DNA of 64,000 bases from Octopus sinensis (GCF_006345805.1 NW_021837025.1:124001-188000), one strand, 5' to 3'; shown: positions 13,214-26,714, counted from the stretch's first letter. The notes: a model not told the origin generated them from the letters alone. Made by a program: numbers and translations.

Positions 13214-14359
13214 ATGTCTTATTTGGTGGACGATTCTGGTGTAAATACAGTAAATACTTATTAAAAATAATTCAGAATTTATTTGACAAAAACTTGGAAT
13301 TGAAACGAGATTTCGATCACTACAAAAATAATCTGCGCATATCAATATCAAAGAATCTCCACGATGAACTGGAATTCGACTTAATCGAGTGCGATGTCTC
13401 CATTGCTAACGCTCTGCGGAGAATTATGATGTCGGAAGTCCCCACAATGGCCATCGAGAAGGTTTTCATAACACAAAACACGTCCAATGCAATCCCCGAC
13501 CAAGTAATTGCACATCGTCTAGGCTTGGCTCCCGTATTTGCGGATCCTGACTTATTCGAGTACAGCAAAGGTCTCCCTTCCCTTCTCAACAGCAGATCCC
13601 CTCGTTGCCGACGAGTACTCCACACTTGTATTCAAATATTCGAAAGTCTGTCGCAGTCTGAACCCCAAATCAAATGCACATGACTTTTGGGATGGATCTG
13701 TGTGTATGAATTGTTTGAGAATGTTTTAGTTAGTTCTGGACTACTGAAATGGGTGCCAATTGGAAATCAGGCTGAAAGAGTATGTTTAGTGATATATTTG
13801 GGTAGTTGGCCGGACAGGAGATAAGAATGTGGGCAGCTCTGCCTATTTCCCGTCAAACACTCGGAGATGTGAGATTGGCTGTGTTGATTTGCAGGAATTG
13901 GATTTGTATGTGCACTGTGTGAAGGGAGTGGGGCTCACTCATGCAAAGTTCTCGCCAGTGAGTTAGTCTGGTCGTGTCATGACTGTAGCCACGGCGTATT
14001 ATCGGATGATGCCTCAGGTGGAACTATTGAGACCATTTCGTGGGGAAATGGCTGATCGACTGGCGGGGTTGTTCCCTGCGGGGGTGATTGGTGTCAGAGG
14101 AGAGGGAGGGCAGCGGGAGGCGTATGTTGACGACGCGAGGAAGGACTGCGGGGCTATGAATGTTTTGAGGGATGAAGAGGTGAGGAGTGGTGTCAGGATG
14201 AGCAGACTCAATTCACATTTTTTGTGTACGTTTGTGCATTATTTGGCAGTTTATGTCGAGTCGGTGGGTGTTATTCATTCACAGGAGATCTTCCGTCGGG
14301 CTTTGCGAGTGCTTGTGGACAAATGTGACACGCTCTTGAATGCCTTTGATGCCCTGTGA
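13214..14359 (+). CDS. POLR1C: RNA polymerase I/III subunit AC40
   Basis: SIANALRRIMMSEVPTMAIEKV, AHRLGLAP, HCVKGVG.THAKFSPV, TAYYRMMP and VESVG; spliced through 24-30 nt introns. Confidence 0.95.
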
Positions 14360-14629
14360 CTCTTTCTTTTTATTAAAATATGTTTTTTATTACTTTCGAG
14401 AGAGGGTCATTCTTCTCACTTTATTATGCTCCTGATTGAATGTCCAATTCTAGTCAGAAGGCGATGTCAAAGTCTGCATTAGTCCAGTTGGGAATGTGCT
14501 TAGACTCCGTTGAGTTAATGTGTAGGAACTTTTAATGTAAGTAAGTTTCCAAAGAATTCAACAACCACGAAATTTGACGTATTTCTGGACAATATAAGTG
14601 GATGAGACTCGAGATAGAAAACTCCTTTA

Positions 14630-14765
14630 ATTCCAGCAAGTTTCTTTCGAAATAAGAAAAAGATCAAAAATTAACAAAACTACAAAAATCTGAAGAAATA
14701 ATAGGAATATGTCTATGATTTAGTTAATAAAGAAAAATATATACACATTAAACTCAAAGACGTAG
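14630..14765 (+). repeat. Dispersed partial copy of LINE endonuclease region 16285-16395
   Basis: Shared gaagaaataataggaatatgtctatgatttagttaataaagaaa..attaaactcaaagac. Confidence 0.8.
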
Positions 14766-15307
14766 TTTACAATGCTTGTGTTTATTATCCATGTGACTTT
14801 CTACTTTTTGGAGAATTAAATTAACATTCATATAACAAAATGCTTTAATTATTTTGATAAGGATAAGAAGGGTAGCCAAGCATGAAAACAACAATAGTGT
14901 CATACTCCGACTTGTTTATGTGGGAGTATTTTAGAAAAAAGGTTATTTTGACATTTTTTTAAATTTTTTTGTTGAATGATTTTCTAATGTGACATGATAA
15001 ATTTGTAAGTTTTAATAATGTTTTATAATTTCTACGTTCCTTGAGTTCTCGTTTTTTAATCTGGACAGTTATATTGTTTTTGAATTATCAATTTTAAATC
15101 ATTCCCATTTTAAAACATATAATTATAAATTAAATATTCGAGTTTTTATATAAAATATTTTGTAATAAAATTACGTAAATTTTATTTAATATTATCGTAA
15201 TCAAAATCCTTTTCGACTGCTAAAAAAGACTAAAATATGAATTTTTATAAGGAAAGTATCAAATATTAAAAAACAGCGAACTCTCTTCCATATAATCATA
15301 TAAACAA

Positions 15308-15950
15308 ATGAGGGTGACAGTTCTATTTAAAAAGAGAAAAAGGGCAGAAAAATACACGTTTTATGAAGAAGTTTGGGCAAAATATCCCCTTTGTCAATTT
15401 TACGAAGAATTTACGCCTACTCAGTGCTTCTCGAATGAATATGAGCTTCCTCTCAATAAATATTATGACGACATCATACAAACGTATTTTCAAGAATATG
15501 AAACATCACAGACTAAAAATTATAACAATTTTCCACGATTGAGTTATGAAGAATATGTTTCCATTCTCCCGACTTTAACTATATTTGCAAACGTGCCGTC
15601 ATTATTACCAATTACGGATGTTTGATGAAGAGATTATTCAAACAATACAACTGCAATGGCCATCAGATATGCTGGAGGTATTGTCGTAGCTGTTGACAGC
15701 CGAATAACTCTGCCGGCCTTTAATTTATTTAACCTCATTCCCCATGAAATCGAGAGGAATTCTGCACGAAGAAAACCGACAGTATGGTCACACCATAAGT
15801 TAAAGAGTGAGTTAATCTCATATTATTTTCTTATAGCGGTGAGATTTTTGCAATCCAGGACGATGTGTGTGTCGTCCGTCATGGCAGATTTGTATTCGAT
15901 TTAAGCACACTAGCGGTGCATTTCTTGTGGTGTCCATTTCTTTTTTGAAA
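15308..15950 (+). pseudogene. Divergent proteasome beta-subunit-like fragment
   Basis: NTTAMAIRYAGGIVVAVDSRIT matches the Ntn-hydrolase N-terminus. There are in-frame stops upstream and the ORF is truncated. Confidence 0.55.
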
Positions 15951-16119
15951 TTTAACCAAATATAAGAGCTATTCATCTGGTCAACGTGGCCGCTCTAATG
16001 GAGTCACCAGATCTGTATTTACATAAAAATCGCCCCACAATAGTCCCTCGGGGCAACACTCCTACGGCTACAAAGCCGGCAGATCCAAAACAATCACACT
16101 ATTTCCAATCCAAAGCGTT

Positions 16120-16470
16120 GGAATAAGATAAATATTCTCCAATTGAACATCAAAGGAATCCAAAACAAATTCATAGAGCTCAAACACTTTATTATCTCAA
16201 ACAACACTGATATTGTCTTAATACAAGAAAGAAAATTAAATGAAAAACACAAAATGCCGTCAATTCCAAAAATGCCGTCAATTCCAAAAATGCAAGTTTC
16301 TTTCGAAATACAAAAACTACAAAAATTTGAAGAAATAATAGGAATATGTCTATGATTTAGTTAATAAAGAAATATATATATATTAAACTCAAAGACATAG
16401 AACTAGCAACCATAAAAGAGACATAAGAAGACTGTCTAGTCACATTATATAAATCGATTGACATGCACGG
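16120..16470 (+). mobile_element. LINE apurinic endonuclease fragment
   Basis: INILQLNIKGIQNKFIELKHFI..DIVLIQE; internal 18-bp tandem duplication. Confidence 0.75.
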
Positions 16471-16473
16471 CCA

Positions 16474-16710
16474 ATTATTATTATTCAACCAAGACCACAG
16501 TCTAAAAACACAAAATAACTAATCAGGTGATTTCAGCTTTTCTAAGGAGGGTCCTCATTTTTCTCTGACTTTCTTCCCTTGTTCCCGTACATTTTTTGTA
16601 GGTGCGCGGCGGTTGTGTCATTGGTTAGGTCGTCCCTCCGTTTCTCTGTAAGATCTTCTCAAAAGTGGAAACATTTAGTTGTTTATTCTTTTCTTCTAGA
16701 CTCTAGAAGA
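16474..16710 (-). mobile_element. LINE 3' end (family of 44225-45135)
   Basis: GTREESQRKMRTLLRKAEIT* ~ GSWEDHRARMRSLVECIGIT*; ends GTGGTCTTGGT plus (TAA)n. Confidence 0.7.
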
Positions 16711-16744
16711 ACTGAATTTATATCGGATAGTATTCATCAAAGCT

Positions 16745-18258
16745 TATGAAGTAATTTTTAAACAATAACTATTTTTAGAGCAGGAAAAAAGTTTGTATAC
16801 TTTTCCACTGATTGTTTTAAAGAAATTACTGGCGTAGAACAATTAATTTTGTTTACAAAAGGAGTAATGCCGGATTTCGAAATTTATGAAGAATTTCTTT
16901 CCTTATGTTCTTTTCACTATACAACCAAAGGGATAGATATATTATAAGAAATTTGTCGAGTAATGCAAGATGAAAACTTAGATTTTTCAAGATTGATTTC
17001 AGTGGCAACTGACGAAGGTCCTTCAATGATTGGTCAGAAATGTGGTCTTCAAGGGCGAATGAGAGATTATAGATTCGAAAATAAATTTGATCCTATTATA
17101 GGGCATCATTGTGTTGTTTATCGGGAAAAATTAATTACAAAAACAACAAAAATGGAACATGTTTCAAAAATCGTTGTATCCATTGTCAATTGGATAAGGA
17201 CGAACGCCCTCAATCATCGAAACTTCAACTTTTTTGCGATTATGCAGATGTTATTCTTATTTAGATGGTTGAGTCGTTCTGATGTTTAAAAAGGTTTTAT
17301 AAATTGTTTCCTGAAATTAATGAGTTTATTCCGATAAACAACAATATACTCAACTGAATGATCAAAAATGGGCTGCAGACTTGGCATTTTTTGTTGATTT
17401 GTCCTTGCATCTTTCGGATTTAAACACTAATTTACAAGGGAAAGACAAGCTTTGCTACTAATTATATGGATTTATATCCTCTTTTATAAAAAAATTATAT
17501 TTATGGAAGATTCAACTTTCAAATAGAGATACTTTGCATTTTCTAATGCTCTCAGAAAATAAAAAAAGCGCATATTATGAAAAAATATATATCAATAATT
17601 AGCGACTTAATTTCTCAATTTGAGTGCCGCTTTGAGGTTAAATTACAAATATACCAAAAATAATTTTAGAGAAAACTTATCCTTAATGAAAATATTTGCG
17701 AGATCTTTCGATATCAAAATTGGAGAATGTCCTGTACGATTCCAAATGGAATTAAGTGATTTTACAAAAATTTAGAGCTGAGTGCCTTATTTTATAATAC
17801 TGCCCTTTGGAATTTTAACAATGTCTACCTAAATAAAAATTTAAGAATCTTGTGAATAATGCATATATGAATTCATCAATTTTCGGATCAACATACCTAT
17901 GTCAATCGATTTTCATCAAAATGGATAAAATTAAGAACAGATACCGCAATAGACCAGCGGCTGTCCATCTAAGTCAGTTGTTGCGGACCTCGGCCGTACC
18001 AGATTTTTAAAATAAGACTAAATAGTTTATAATTTCTTTCATTTTTTCATTCATTAAGTTATATAGCAAATTTGCAGCGATAAGCCTCAACTTTAAATTG
18101 CATGTACCCAGTAAAACAAAAATCATATTTATTTTCTACCGTTCGAACTGAAATAACAAATATTTTAACTTCATTAAGTTGACCAAAAAATGTGAAGCTC
18201 CTATAAATAAAAAATTTGATTTGTGCGGTTTCTGGTCCAAAATTCTCGAGAACCGCTG
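16745..18258 (+). mobile_element. hAT (SPIN/Charlie/GTF2IRD2-like) transposon, 5'-truncated and decayed
   Basis: SVATDEGPSMIG, HHCVVYRE, RWLSR, LNTNLQG and FGSTYLC motifs; terminal GAGAACCGCTG. Confidence 0.85.
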
Positions 18259-18566
18259 TTCAAGAGTTTTGCAGATTCTTGATTGAATTTTCGAAATTTT
18301 TTCCCGATTGGTGTAGCTGATCGTATTTCCCCACGTCGTGCAGGCCTAGCTATTTGTGGGTTCCATGTACTGCTTATAAACAGTTTGGCGACTGGCGAGG
18401 CTGGTCCACTGCCTGCATTTTTGAAGAGAAACTCTGAGTATGTTAAGTTTCTTCTAATATTGAGGGGATTCTAGTAACCATTAAGGAAATTCCAGTAATA
18501 GCCGACAAATTAAACGAACTTAACAGGGAATAGAAAGTGTTGCTGATAATCAGAAGGAAACAAAAG

Positions 18567-19588
18567 TCAAACAAATATTTTCCGAAAAGAAAAAGAAATT
18601 TCATCAACAATGTTGGTAGTCACTACTCCTCGCCCATACTTTTCGAATGCCCTCCTCGAACTCTCTCTTGTCAGGACAGAGGCAGCGTAGGCCGCAGTAG
18701 AAATTGAATCTCCTCCATTAAGAACCCAACTTGCAAACAAAGCAGTTATTCCTGCTAGCAAGTCCCCTTGTCCCCCACACCGGCGAGGGGATCCTTCACA
18801 TCTGGACTCCAGAACTGACCTCATATCATCACAAACACACCCTCCTGGCCATCGGAGATCAAATCATCCTCCCCCTTAGCTAGAATAGTGACTCCAAGTC
18901 TTTCACTTAGTCTTCTCACACAGTCCTGCCTGTCTGAAGATCTGCTACAAGCAGGGAGACAAGTCTTGACCAGCAAGTCCATTTCCCGGATGTTGGGGGT
19001 TAGAATTGCTTGTTTGTGTCCGCGAATAATTTCGGGGGACTCTGCCACCATTTTCAAAGAGTCCTCGAAATAATCAAAACCTGAAAACCGCATCCAGGAC
19101 GATTGGAAGACCATTGGACACAGCAGAGGCAATAAAGAGCTTTGAAACTAAGCAAACAAATATACACGGACTGGGGCTTGATATTCATTTCCTAGTCCGG
19201 GACCGACGACCAGCGCATCCATCGCCGAACCCACCTCTCAACTTCCATCCCCACGTTGAGAGCATCACTAAATGCTTACCAATAGACTCCTCACAGGACA
19301 GGATGCACAATCAGGTCAGGACTGTACGACTTAATCACCGTCGAAGCAACACTCGGACAGAACACGTGAGCCTGGTCTGCACCCTAGCCAATCATAAACA
19401 CGTGATCAACAGCTTTCATAGAAGCAATGGCAGAAAAGTAGGGAGCGCCTGTGTAGCTAAACGTGAGGAGTGGAATCTCACTCTTTGGAGCCTCCCACAA
19501 CGGCTATCCTTCCACACTGGCCTTTGGAAAGAGTAGTGGTGAGGGGAGGGATTGATCGAGCAAATCGACTCAGCATTTCATCACACAT
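18567..19588 (-). CDS. NAXD: ATP-dependent NAD(P)HX dehydratase
   Basis: [35 protein letters not shown] and [15 protein letters not shown]. Confidence 0.93.
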
Positions 19589-19652
19589 CGAATTAATATT
19601 AATTAATCAAAGAGTAAAAACCAAAATTAAATCAAAAAGAAATTAAAACGGA

Positions 19653-19994
19653 CTACTTCATGTAGACAATGCTGATGGTGTCTCCCTTCAAAAGAACCCT
19701 CCCTGGAATACAGCAGACTTAGGCAACCCAGGGATTTGCTGGAACCAGTCTTGACGTTGACTTCCTTTGCATCGACGAGGACAATGTTCATGAACTCGTC
19801 AAACCCCACAATGTAACCCTCAATTCGGTGGTGTACACTGTCGGTCAGAATTATGACAGTCTTGGCTCTCTGAAAGGTTAAGGGAAAGAATACAGTTTGG
19901 AGACATTTAAAGAGTTGATTCTATATTTTTGAATGAAATAAATAGTATGACTAACCACTGGTTGGATGCTTATTTTCTGGACTCGAGTGTTCAT
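19653..19994 (-). CDS. SNRPE: Sm protein E
   Basis: VQKISIQPVN.LF..IEGYIVGFDEFMNIVLVDA..LGRVLLKGDTI; three introns. Confidence 0.93.
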
Positions 19995-20174
19995 TCCAAG
20001 ACAACCTGAGTAAACTAATGCTTTAATATTTTATTATAATTAAATAAATTTAATTTTTAATATTTTATTTAAGAATTTAGTTCACTAGCTCTACATTCTG
20101 GAATGCTCAAAGAGAGAAAACTCACTATTGTTGACACAAAGGTTATTTGAAATGAAAATACAAGTCCGATTTGT

Positions 20175-20639
20175 TTAAATGTCAAAAAACGAGTGGGGAA
20201 TACTCAAGTCGGGCAACTGGCCAATAATATTGATGACAGAAGCAATGTAGAATGCCAAATAATTAGGAGAGGATGACAAGTGGGACATCAGTCTCCCCAG
20301 ACTGCAACACTGCACCTGGAAGCAGGACTGTGAGGTGAGAGGGTGGTACGTCTGCATGAGAATACATTCGTCGTCCCCGTTGTCTCCTAATTCCAAGAGA
20401 GTCATAACCTGGTGCAATGTGAGTGACGAATTGAAGACTGAAACAATAACATTGGGCACAGCAAAAGTGTAGTCGTATATTATTTCATATCGAATGGGCA
20501 CATTGGTCTGTGCTTTGACTGTACATTTGGTTATTACTGGCCCGACACTTGTGTCTTGAAATTGCCAGGATGGATCCCATTTGATTACTCGTTCGTAGAA
20601 AAGTGAAGCCGCCTTCTCATATTCATCAAACGAAATCAT
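20175..20639 (-). CDS. ATG10: ATG10-like E2 conjugating enzyme
   Basis: Intronless. YEIIYDYTFAVP, QTYHPLTSQSCFQVQCC and NYLAFY match YHVLYS.SYQVP, QQEHPILGQPFFVLHPC and NYITSW. Confidence 0.75.
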   Translation of the reverse strand: MISFDEYEKAASLFYERVIKWDPSWQFQDTSVGPVITKCTVKAQTNVPIRYEIIYDYTFAVPNVIVSVFNSSLTLHQVMTLLELGDNGDDECILMQTYHPLTSQSCFQVQCCSLGRLMSHLSSSPNYLAFYIASVINIIGQLPDLSIPHSFFDI

Positions 20640-20690
20640 CTCACACCTTCAAAAATATTAATATTAATAAAGTAATTATTTATCCATATA

Positions 20691-21405
20691 CAGTAAAACC
20701 TCTGGTGCTCGCCACCTCTGTTACTCGCCACCTCTATTGCTCGCCACATATTTTTCAAAAAAATAAAAATTTCTAGTAAATTTTGATAAATATTCTATTG
20801 CTCGCCATTTTCTGAATCTCGCCATTAATTTTTAAAAATATTTTTTTTGGTTAAACTATTTTTTATATAAAAGTTAATCAGAAACAAGAAATTGATGCAT
20901 TTACTTCTTTGATCTCTGCAAAGATTCAACAATATAATGCTGAAAACATTTATAACGCTGATGAAACTGGGATTTTTTACAAATCTATCCCTTCAAAAAG
21001 TGTTTGTCAAAAGGTTCGATATGGACATAAAATCCTTAAAGAACGGTTTAATTTTTATTTATTTTTTAGATTTTCTTTGTTGCTATGCTCAAATATGACT
21101 GGGACAGACAAAAATTCTACTTATGATTGGAAAGTTCCAGAAACATATCGGCTTTAAAAATTTTAAAGTCGAAAATTTTGTCGATTACTGTCATTCACCA
21201 AAAGCATAAATGACAAGTAAAATTTTTAACGAATGGCTTTTAACATGGGATAGGCATCTAAAAAACGAAAAATTCTTTTAGTTATGGATCGATGCCCATC
21301 CCATAAACTTTACGCTGATTTACAGTCAATTGAAGTTCTTTACCTACCTTCGAAGACTACAATAATTCTACAGCCAATGGATCAAGGAATCATTAGATCC
21401 TTCAT
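20691..21405 (+). mobile_element. pogo/Tigger element, truncated
   Basis: TA+CAGTAAAACCTCTGG TIR, CTCGCCA subterminal repeats, IYNADETGIFY and LQPMDQGII. Confidence 0.9.
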
Positions 21406-21446
21406 AGGAGAAGACGTTAAAAACAAGTCTCAACAGTAAGAAACAG

Positions 21447-24400
21447 TCAGAATGCATATTTATTGCGAATATCCTCCAACTTCTTGGTGACCTCTGCGGG
21501 CGTCTTGTTCAGATCAGAAGCAATAACCCTCTGTCGAGAATACTCCAACGAATTGAAGGCCTCGCACAAATTGCCATCAATCACGTTCTACAGTCAACAC
21601 ACTTCCCAACCAGAACTGGGAAATAGGCCGACCGATAGGCCAAATGACTACGCCCGACCAGAGAAAGAGACTCGTTTCGCATATACATCTCCAAATGGTG
21701 AAAAAATTCGTGATCCTACCATTCAATCACAGGAGTACCTCATGGGAAGAAAAAGGAGAGAAAATGCCGACCGAACCAGCAATAGTCGTGTAGACGAGTG
21801 TCTCCGACCCTCCAGGAGTGAAGGTTGTCTTCTGAATGGAGGTCACGATCTGTCCCAGGTGGTAGTTGTTGAGCATATCCGCCTGCAATGACAGGCCACC
21901 ACACCTTCTGGAAAGCCCCGTTCATCAAAGCGCGGTCCCACAAGGCTCGGTTGCCCGTCGGGTCTTCGTCCACGTCGTCATTGGCGTCATCGGGCAGACG
22001 GTTCTGAGGTCAGTGGGAGACCAAACTGCGAAAAAGTTGCCGAACTTATCCCCGCCGACGATGGTGTCGTAGTCCACCATGGTCGAGGCTGAGATCCACC
22101 GCGGGTAAAAGTCGTCCGCGAAAATGATGAGTTGGTTCTCAAATCGACGGTAGCGAATAAAGTGGAAACTCTCCTGCACGTCGATGGCCACAATCCGACT
22201 GCCGAGGGTGTGGAGAGCAGTCACGAAATGCGGCATTTTCTGTCGCTGAGGTGGCAAGCGTACCTTATTCTCACACTTTTTTAACATCTTTTTCTTACCA
22301 AACTCGTACAGCCGCAACAGCTTCCCCACCGACACCAACAATTTGCCAGTGAAGGGAGCCACTGCCCCCGGAATGTCCTCCACGGGCGTTCGGTGGAGGA
22401 GTTCGACCGACGTCCCCTCCTCGCTGATCTTGTAGCAGTACAACTCCCCCCCAGAACACATCCGCGGGTTCAACATCAACTTGGTAGTCGTCCCCACTAT
22501 CAAAAACTCACTCGATGACTTGGTCGGGAACTTGGCAATGGTCATACTACAAAACTGACACACCCTCCACCAGTAGGCTGCCACGTTCTGTGCAAACTCG
22601 ACATTCTGGAGTGTCTCCCCCGTCACTGGGTTGGTCAGTCGAAGGAGTGACGCCCACATCCCAATTCCCGCTTTGGGCACTCCGAACACTTCCGGGGACA
22701 AGGACTCCCCCAGAAATGCCTGGACAAACTCCGAGGCACCCTCCTCCACCATTTTCTGCACAATCAGGGAGGAATAAAACATTGGCAATCTCGTTTTTGC
22801 GTGCTTCCTGTGTCTGGGTAGTCAGACAGTTATTGTCGGTCTCAATGCTCATGAACACTCCCGACTCTTCATGAACTACCATTCTCCGGGGGGTGAAAGT
22901 GAGGGGACTGACACTCTGATTGAAGATGACCCCCAGTTTGTCGAGTGATATGATTCTGCATAGTCCACCACCACCAACCGTAGAGTATTGCCTGATATGG
23001 ACACAATCCCCTCCGGACACTGCTCTGAAGAAAAACTGTGGGCATACTCCAGTGGCATGTATGACAAGGGAGTGAGGTAGGCCCTCCTCTGGTGGTGGTA
23101 ACTCAGCCAGGAACGACTGGACGACCCCAACACCTGCACAATCAGTCCACCAATACCCCTTCCACTCCCTGCACTGTCACGGGGAATAGTTTGACTGGTC
23201 TTCCCCCCAAATAACGCGTCCTCGTGTCAGACAAGTCCCCCGTGACTGGGTCGAGCACTGCCTTCAGTAACACCCCGTTTTGGAGACCGGTGGTCAAATA
23301 CAGACTGTCATCCCCACTCTTCATGACCGATGACATGTTGGATATGCACAGTGACTCGGGCAATGTGGGGAGTGACTGCAAAGACAAGTCCCTCAGACCA
23401 TCCTACGGTCGGGGGAGGGCACTACGTTGATGGAGTGGACGTCCAAGGAGAGTATCCTCACTGTGCTGTCCCCCAACCCCACCGCCAAGAACCGACTCCT
23501 CTGCTGGCCAGTGGACACCTTCCCGATTGCCAAACACGTGATCTCACTCATCATGTCCTTCCTCTTAGTGAACTCGTTCAGTTGGCCATTCTGTCCATCA
23601 CACAAACACCCAACCACATCCAATTCAAAGTACACAATCTGCCCCCCGGAGAGTGCAATCACCACCTGGGCAGAGTTGAGTGCACATTTCATTATTTGAC
23701 GCTTGCTGGGTGTCTTCCACTCGTTCACTCTCCGGTCAGTCTTGATGTGTCTGATTCCATACGTGTGGACCTGCCAATGCACATCCCCCCCACCTGCACC
23801 AACGAGTCACTCCCCATCTGCCCACAGTTTATCGTCGTAGCCGTCCCCAGGAATCCCGAATCCGTGATCTCCTCGACCGTCTCCCCGATGGACAGGACGA
23901 GTGTCGCATTCACAAAGGACACGACAATCAGTCTGTCGAACTTGTCTGGAGTCACTCATCACCCTCACCTGTCGAGTTCTTCCGCACTGTCCACACCGCC
24001 GTGGGGTTCCCCGGCAACTCAGACACGGCCATCTCCGACACTTCCAGTCCATGCCGCAATACTCGCAATGTCGACCGAGGACCCACTCCGCAAAAAACGT
24101 AAATCTGCGGCGAATCCTCGTTCGTGAAATCTCCCACGTGGGCATTCAGAATCGGGGCCAAACTCTCCACTTCATCCACCAAGACCAGATTTTTGAGGGG
24201 TCGAGGACTGAAGAGGGGGGCCGAGTCATCCTCACTGCTGAACTCCAACTCCTCCAAATCATCCCCCAAGTTGACAATCTGGTACAAATGACTAAAAATA
24301 AAACACAGCCACAACTGATTGCCAAACTCCGCAGCCACAAACAAAAATCCCGACTTGAGGACACAAAGTGACCTTGCGAGGGGCACTGTGTCGAAGTACT

Positions 24401-25524
24401 TCATTTTGACCTCGGAGACCTACGAATGAGGGAGCAGTCCAACAATGTCCTCGTCCCTCGTCAGGGTGAGTTTGAAAATGTCGGCCTGTTCTGTTTGGAG
24501 GAGATAAAAGAACATGTTCTGTCGTAGTTATGAGGGATAACCTTAGTTCGGTGGAGAGTGCCACTCACTATGATGATATTCCGTTCCGTGTCGTCCAGAA
24601 AGTTCTAATTACCGTGAACCAAGCACGTGAACTCTCCGTCGCGGAATGCTGCAGCGAATGTCAGGCTGGTCCCCAAAGTTACGGTAAATAACCACGTTCT
24701 TGGCACAAATGAGGACTCCTCCCGGCCCATCCACGTCCCCCGGCACTGCACTCACTTTGGGGGGATACCGGGAAATAGCATGTTGGCATACTCCTCCATG
24801 GGCTCTGAGGACCTTCTGACGACGTGATTCAGTCCCAAGTCCAATTCGTAGTACGTGAGGTGTTGGCGAGTGCTGAGTGCTGCGGTCCCCGAGCGTCGTG
24901 GTCGGCGTCCTGCCATGAGGGGGTGGGCTACCTCGTAGTCCATTTCCAGACAGGCAAAGACGGGGTTCTCGAAACCCACGTCGAGGGCAACAATGTCAAA
25001 GTTCACAGTGTTGGCTTTGTGGGCCTCCAAGGGGGACGAGATGGTCAAATTGGCCTGGTCGTCTCTGTTGAGGACGTAGACCAGCTTCTGCTTCTCCACG
25101 GCCGCGATCATCACTGCCCTTCCGCGGGGGTCGACAGTCAGGAGTTCCCCGGGCACAATCCTTCGACATCCAGTCCGCCCAAATGTCTCCAAATGGACCT
25201 TCCGTGGTGGGGGGGTGGTACCTTCTCAAAACAATTCTTTTTGGGGATGTACTCCAGGATGGATATTTTGCCAGAATCGGAGCCGAGGACCACAAAGTCT
25301 TTGGTGGAGCCGGTCAGACGGAAGGGCATGATTGACCGGATTGTACCAAATGCCTCTGATCTTAGCACGGAGTATATTTTCCCGGTGGATGAGTCGATGG
25401 AAAACAGTTCGATTGCATCTCCGTGAGAAACGAGCAGTTCTTGCTGTTTCTGTCCCATGAAATTGCCGTGAATTGCACGTTCGATGCATGTTGATGGTTG
25501 CAAGGTTAAGTTGTAAAAATACAT
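21447..25524 (-). CDS. SF3B3: Splicing factor 3B subunit 3 (SAP130)
   Basis: [46 protein letters not shown] and [12 protein letters not shown]; about 16 introns of 22-28 nt. Confidence 0.97.
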
Positions 25525-26023
25525 CTATTTTTTTAAATTATGATCGTTATTTTATTTGTTTACCTGCAGGACACACGTGGAACACTTGTCGCGCTAAGTC
25601 AGTATTTATTTGATAATTTTTAGTACTTATTAAAAGTTGTAATAAATTAACCGAATCTGATTTCTACATCTTTAAACTGACAAAATCAGTAAATTCTCAC
25701 CATTATGTATACTCTCTTCAAAGTCCCTTTCCTGTGGATTTTCAATAAAAAACTAACTATGAATGAGATGGACTTTGGCCACAGCATGTCCCTTATGGCA
25801 AATCCAGATTCTTCCAACTGGTCTATGTGTACTAATATGATCATGCATTCTGTTTTAACAAGTAATGGCCTATTATGGACATAAACAAAATTTGTCTCAA
25901 AGTGTCAACAAAACAACCAAGGAGAGCAATAAAAATACTATCAGATGTGCAACATGTTTGTTCAGAATAAATAAACCAATATTTGTCCGAAAGTATTAAT
26001 TAAAAGCAGGTCAGCCAAGAATA

Positions 26024-26473
26024 CTATTTTATGTTTTGTGCGCATACGAGACGTCCTAATTTACAGTCGTGCCACTCCTGGCCGACATAATTGTCGATTG
26101 CCACAGTTTCGGAATTGGCGTTTTTCCTCTTGGTAATATACAGACCGTCCCCACACGACCCAGCCATTAATCTTTCCGTGCCTATATAAACTGAGACGTC
26201 CATCATTGTAGTCTCGTATTTCCACCAGTAGCCATCAGTCTGGCCAGTTCGGTTCAAATGGACTGACGTGAGGTTATAAACATCCAAGAATGCTAGTTGG
26301 CACGGAAATATGAAATCCAGTGAAATTTTTCCAATCTTCGAATTAGTTTTATTGCCGAAGGGGTCTCTGTAGGCTCGGTTCTCTGGTGATTTCAGGAGTT
26401 CTACAAGACTGACAGACCTCGGCCAACCTGTCGTGATAAAGAATACCAAAAACGATTCGAATAAAGAGAGCAT
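26024..26473 (-). CDS. Unknown small secreted/membrane protein, weak C-type-lectin-like end
   Basis: 149-aa ORF with a hydrophobic N-terminus, N-glycosylation sequons, and WW..C..WHDC..LVC. Confidence 0.45.
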   Translation of the reverse strand: MLSLFESFLVFFITTGWPRSVSLVELLKSPENRAYRDPFGNKTNSKIGKISLDFIFPCQLAFLDVYNLTSVHLNRTGQTDGYWWKYETTMMDVSVYIGTERLMAGSCGDGLYITKRKNANSETVAIDNYVGQEWHDCKLGRLVCAQNIK

Positions 26474-26714
26474 TGTTATTCGCGCTGATTACAGTCCTTA
26501 TATAGTCTTTCCTATTTCGTGCTTTGTTCCTTCCTTCAGAGGTACCTGTTCCACGTGCCTTCGACCAGCCTTTGTTATTAACCAAAGACATCTTTTTTAA
26601 TAATTTATCTTTTTAATAATTCTATTTCTGACTAGAATACACCAAATTGACTAAAATCTTAAAATGCCGAAATAGTCAATATTAATGTCCAAACATAGGA
26701 AAATGACAATAAAT

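Noticed and set aside
24735-24900. Frameshifts in SF3B3 as recoding or editing
   Set aside because: They fall at or near short G/C runs in an essential gene; sequencing indels are more likely.
21463-25426. Long plus-strand ORFs over SF3B3 and similar shadow ORFs
   Set aside because: Antisense frames of GC-richer coding DNA with no recognisable motifs.
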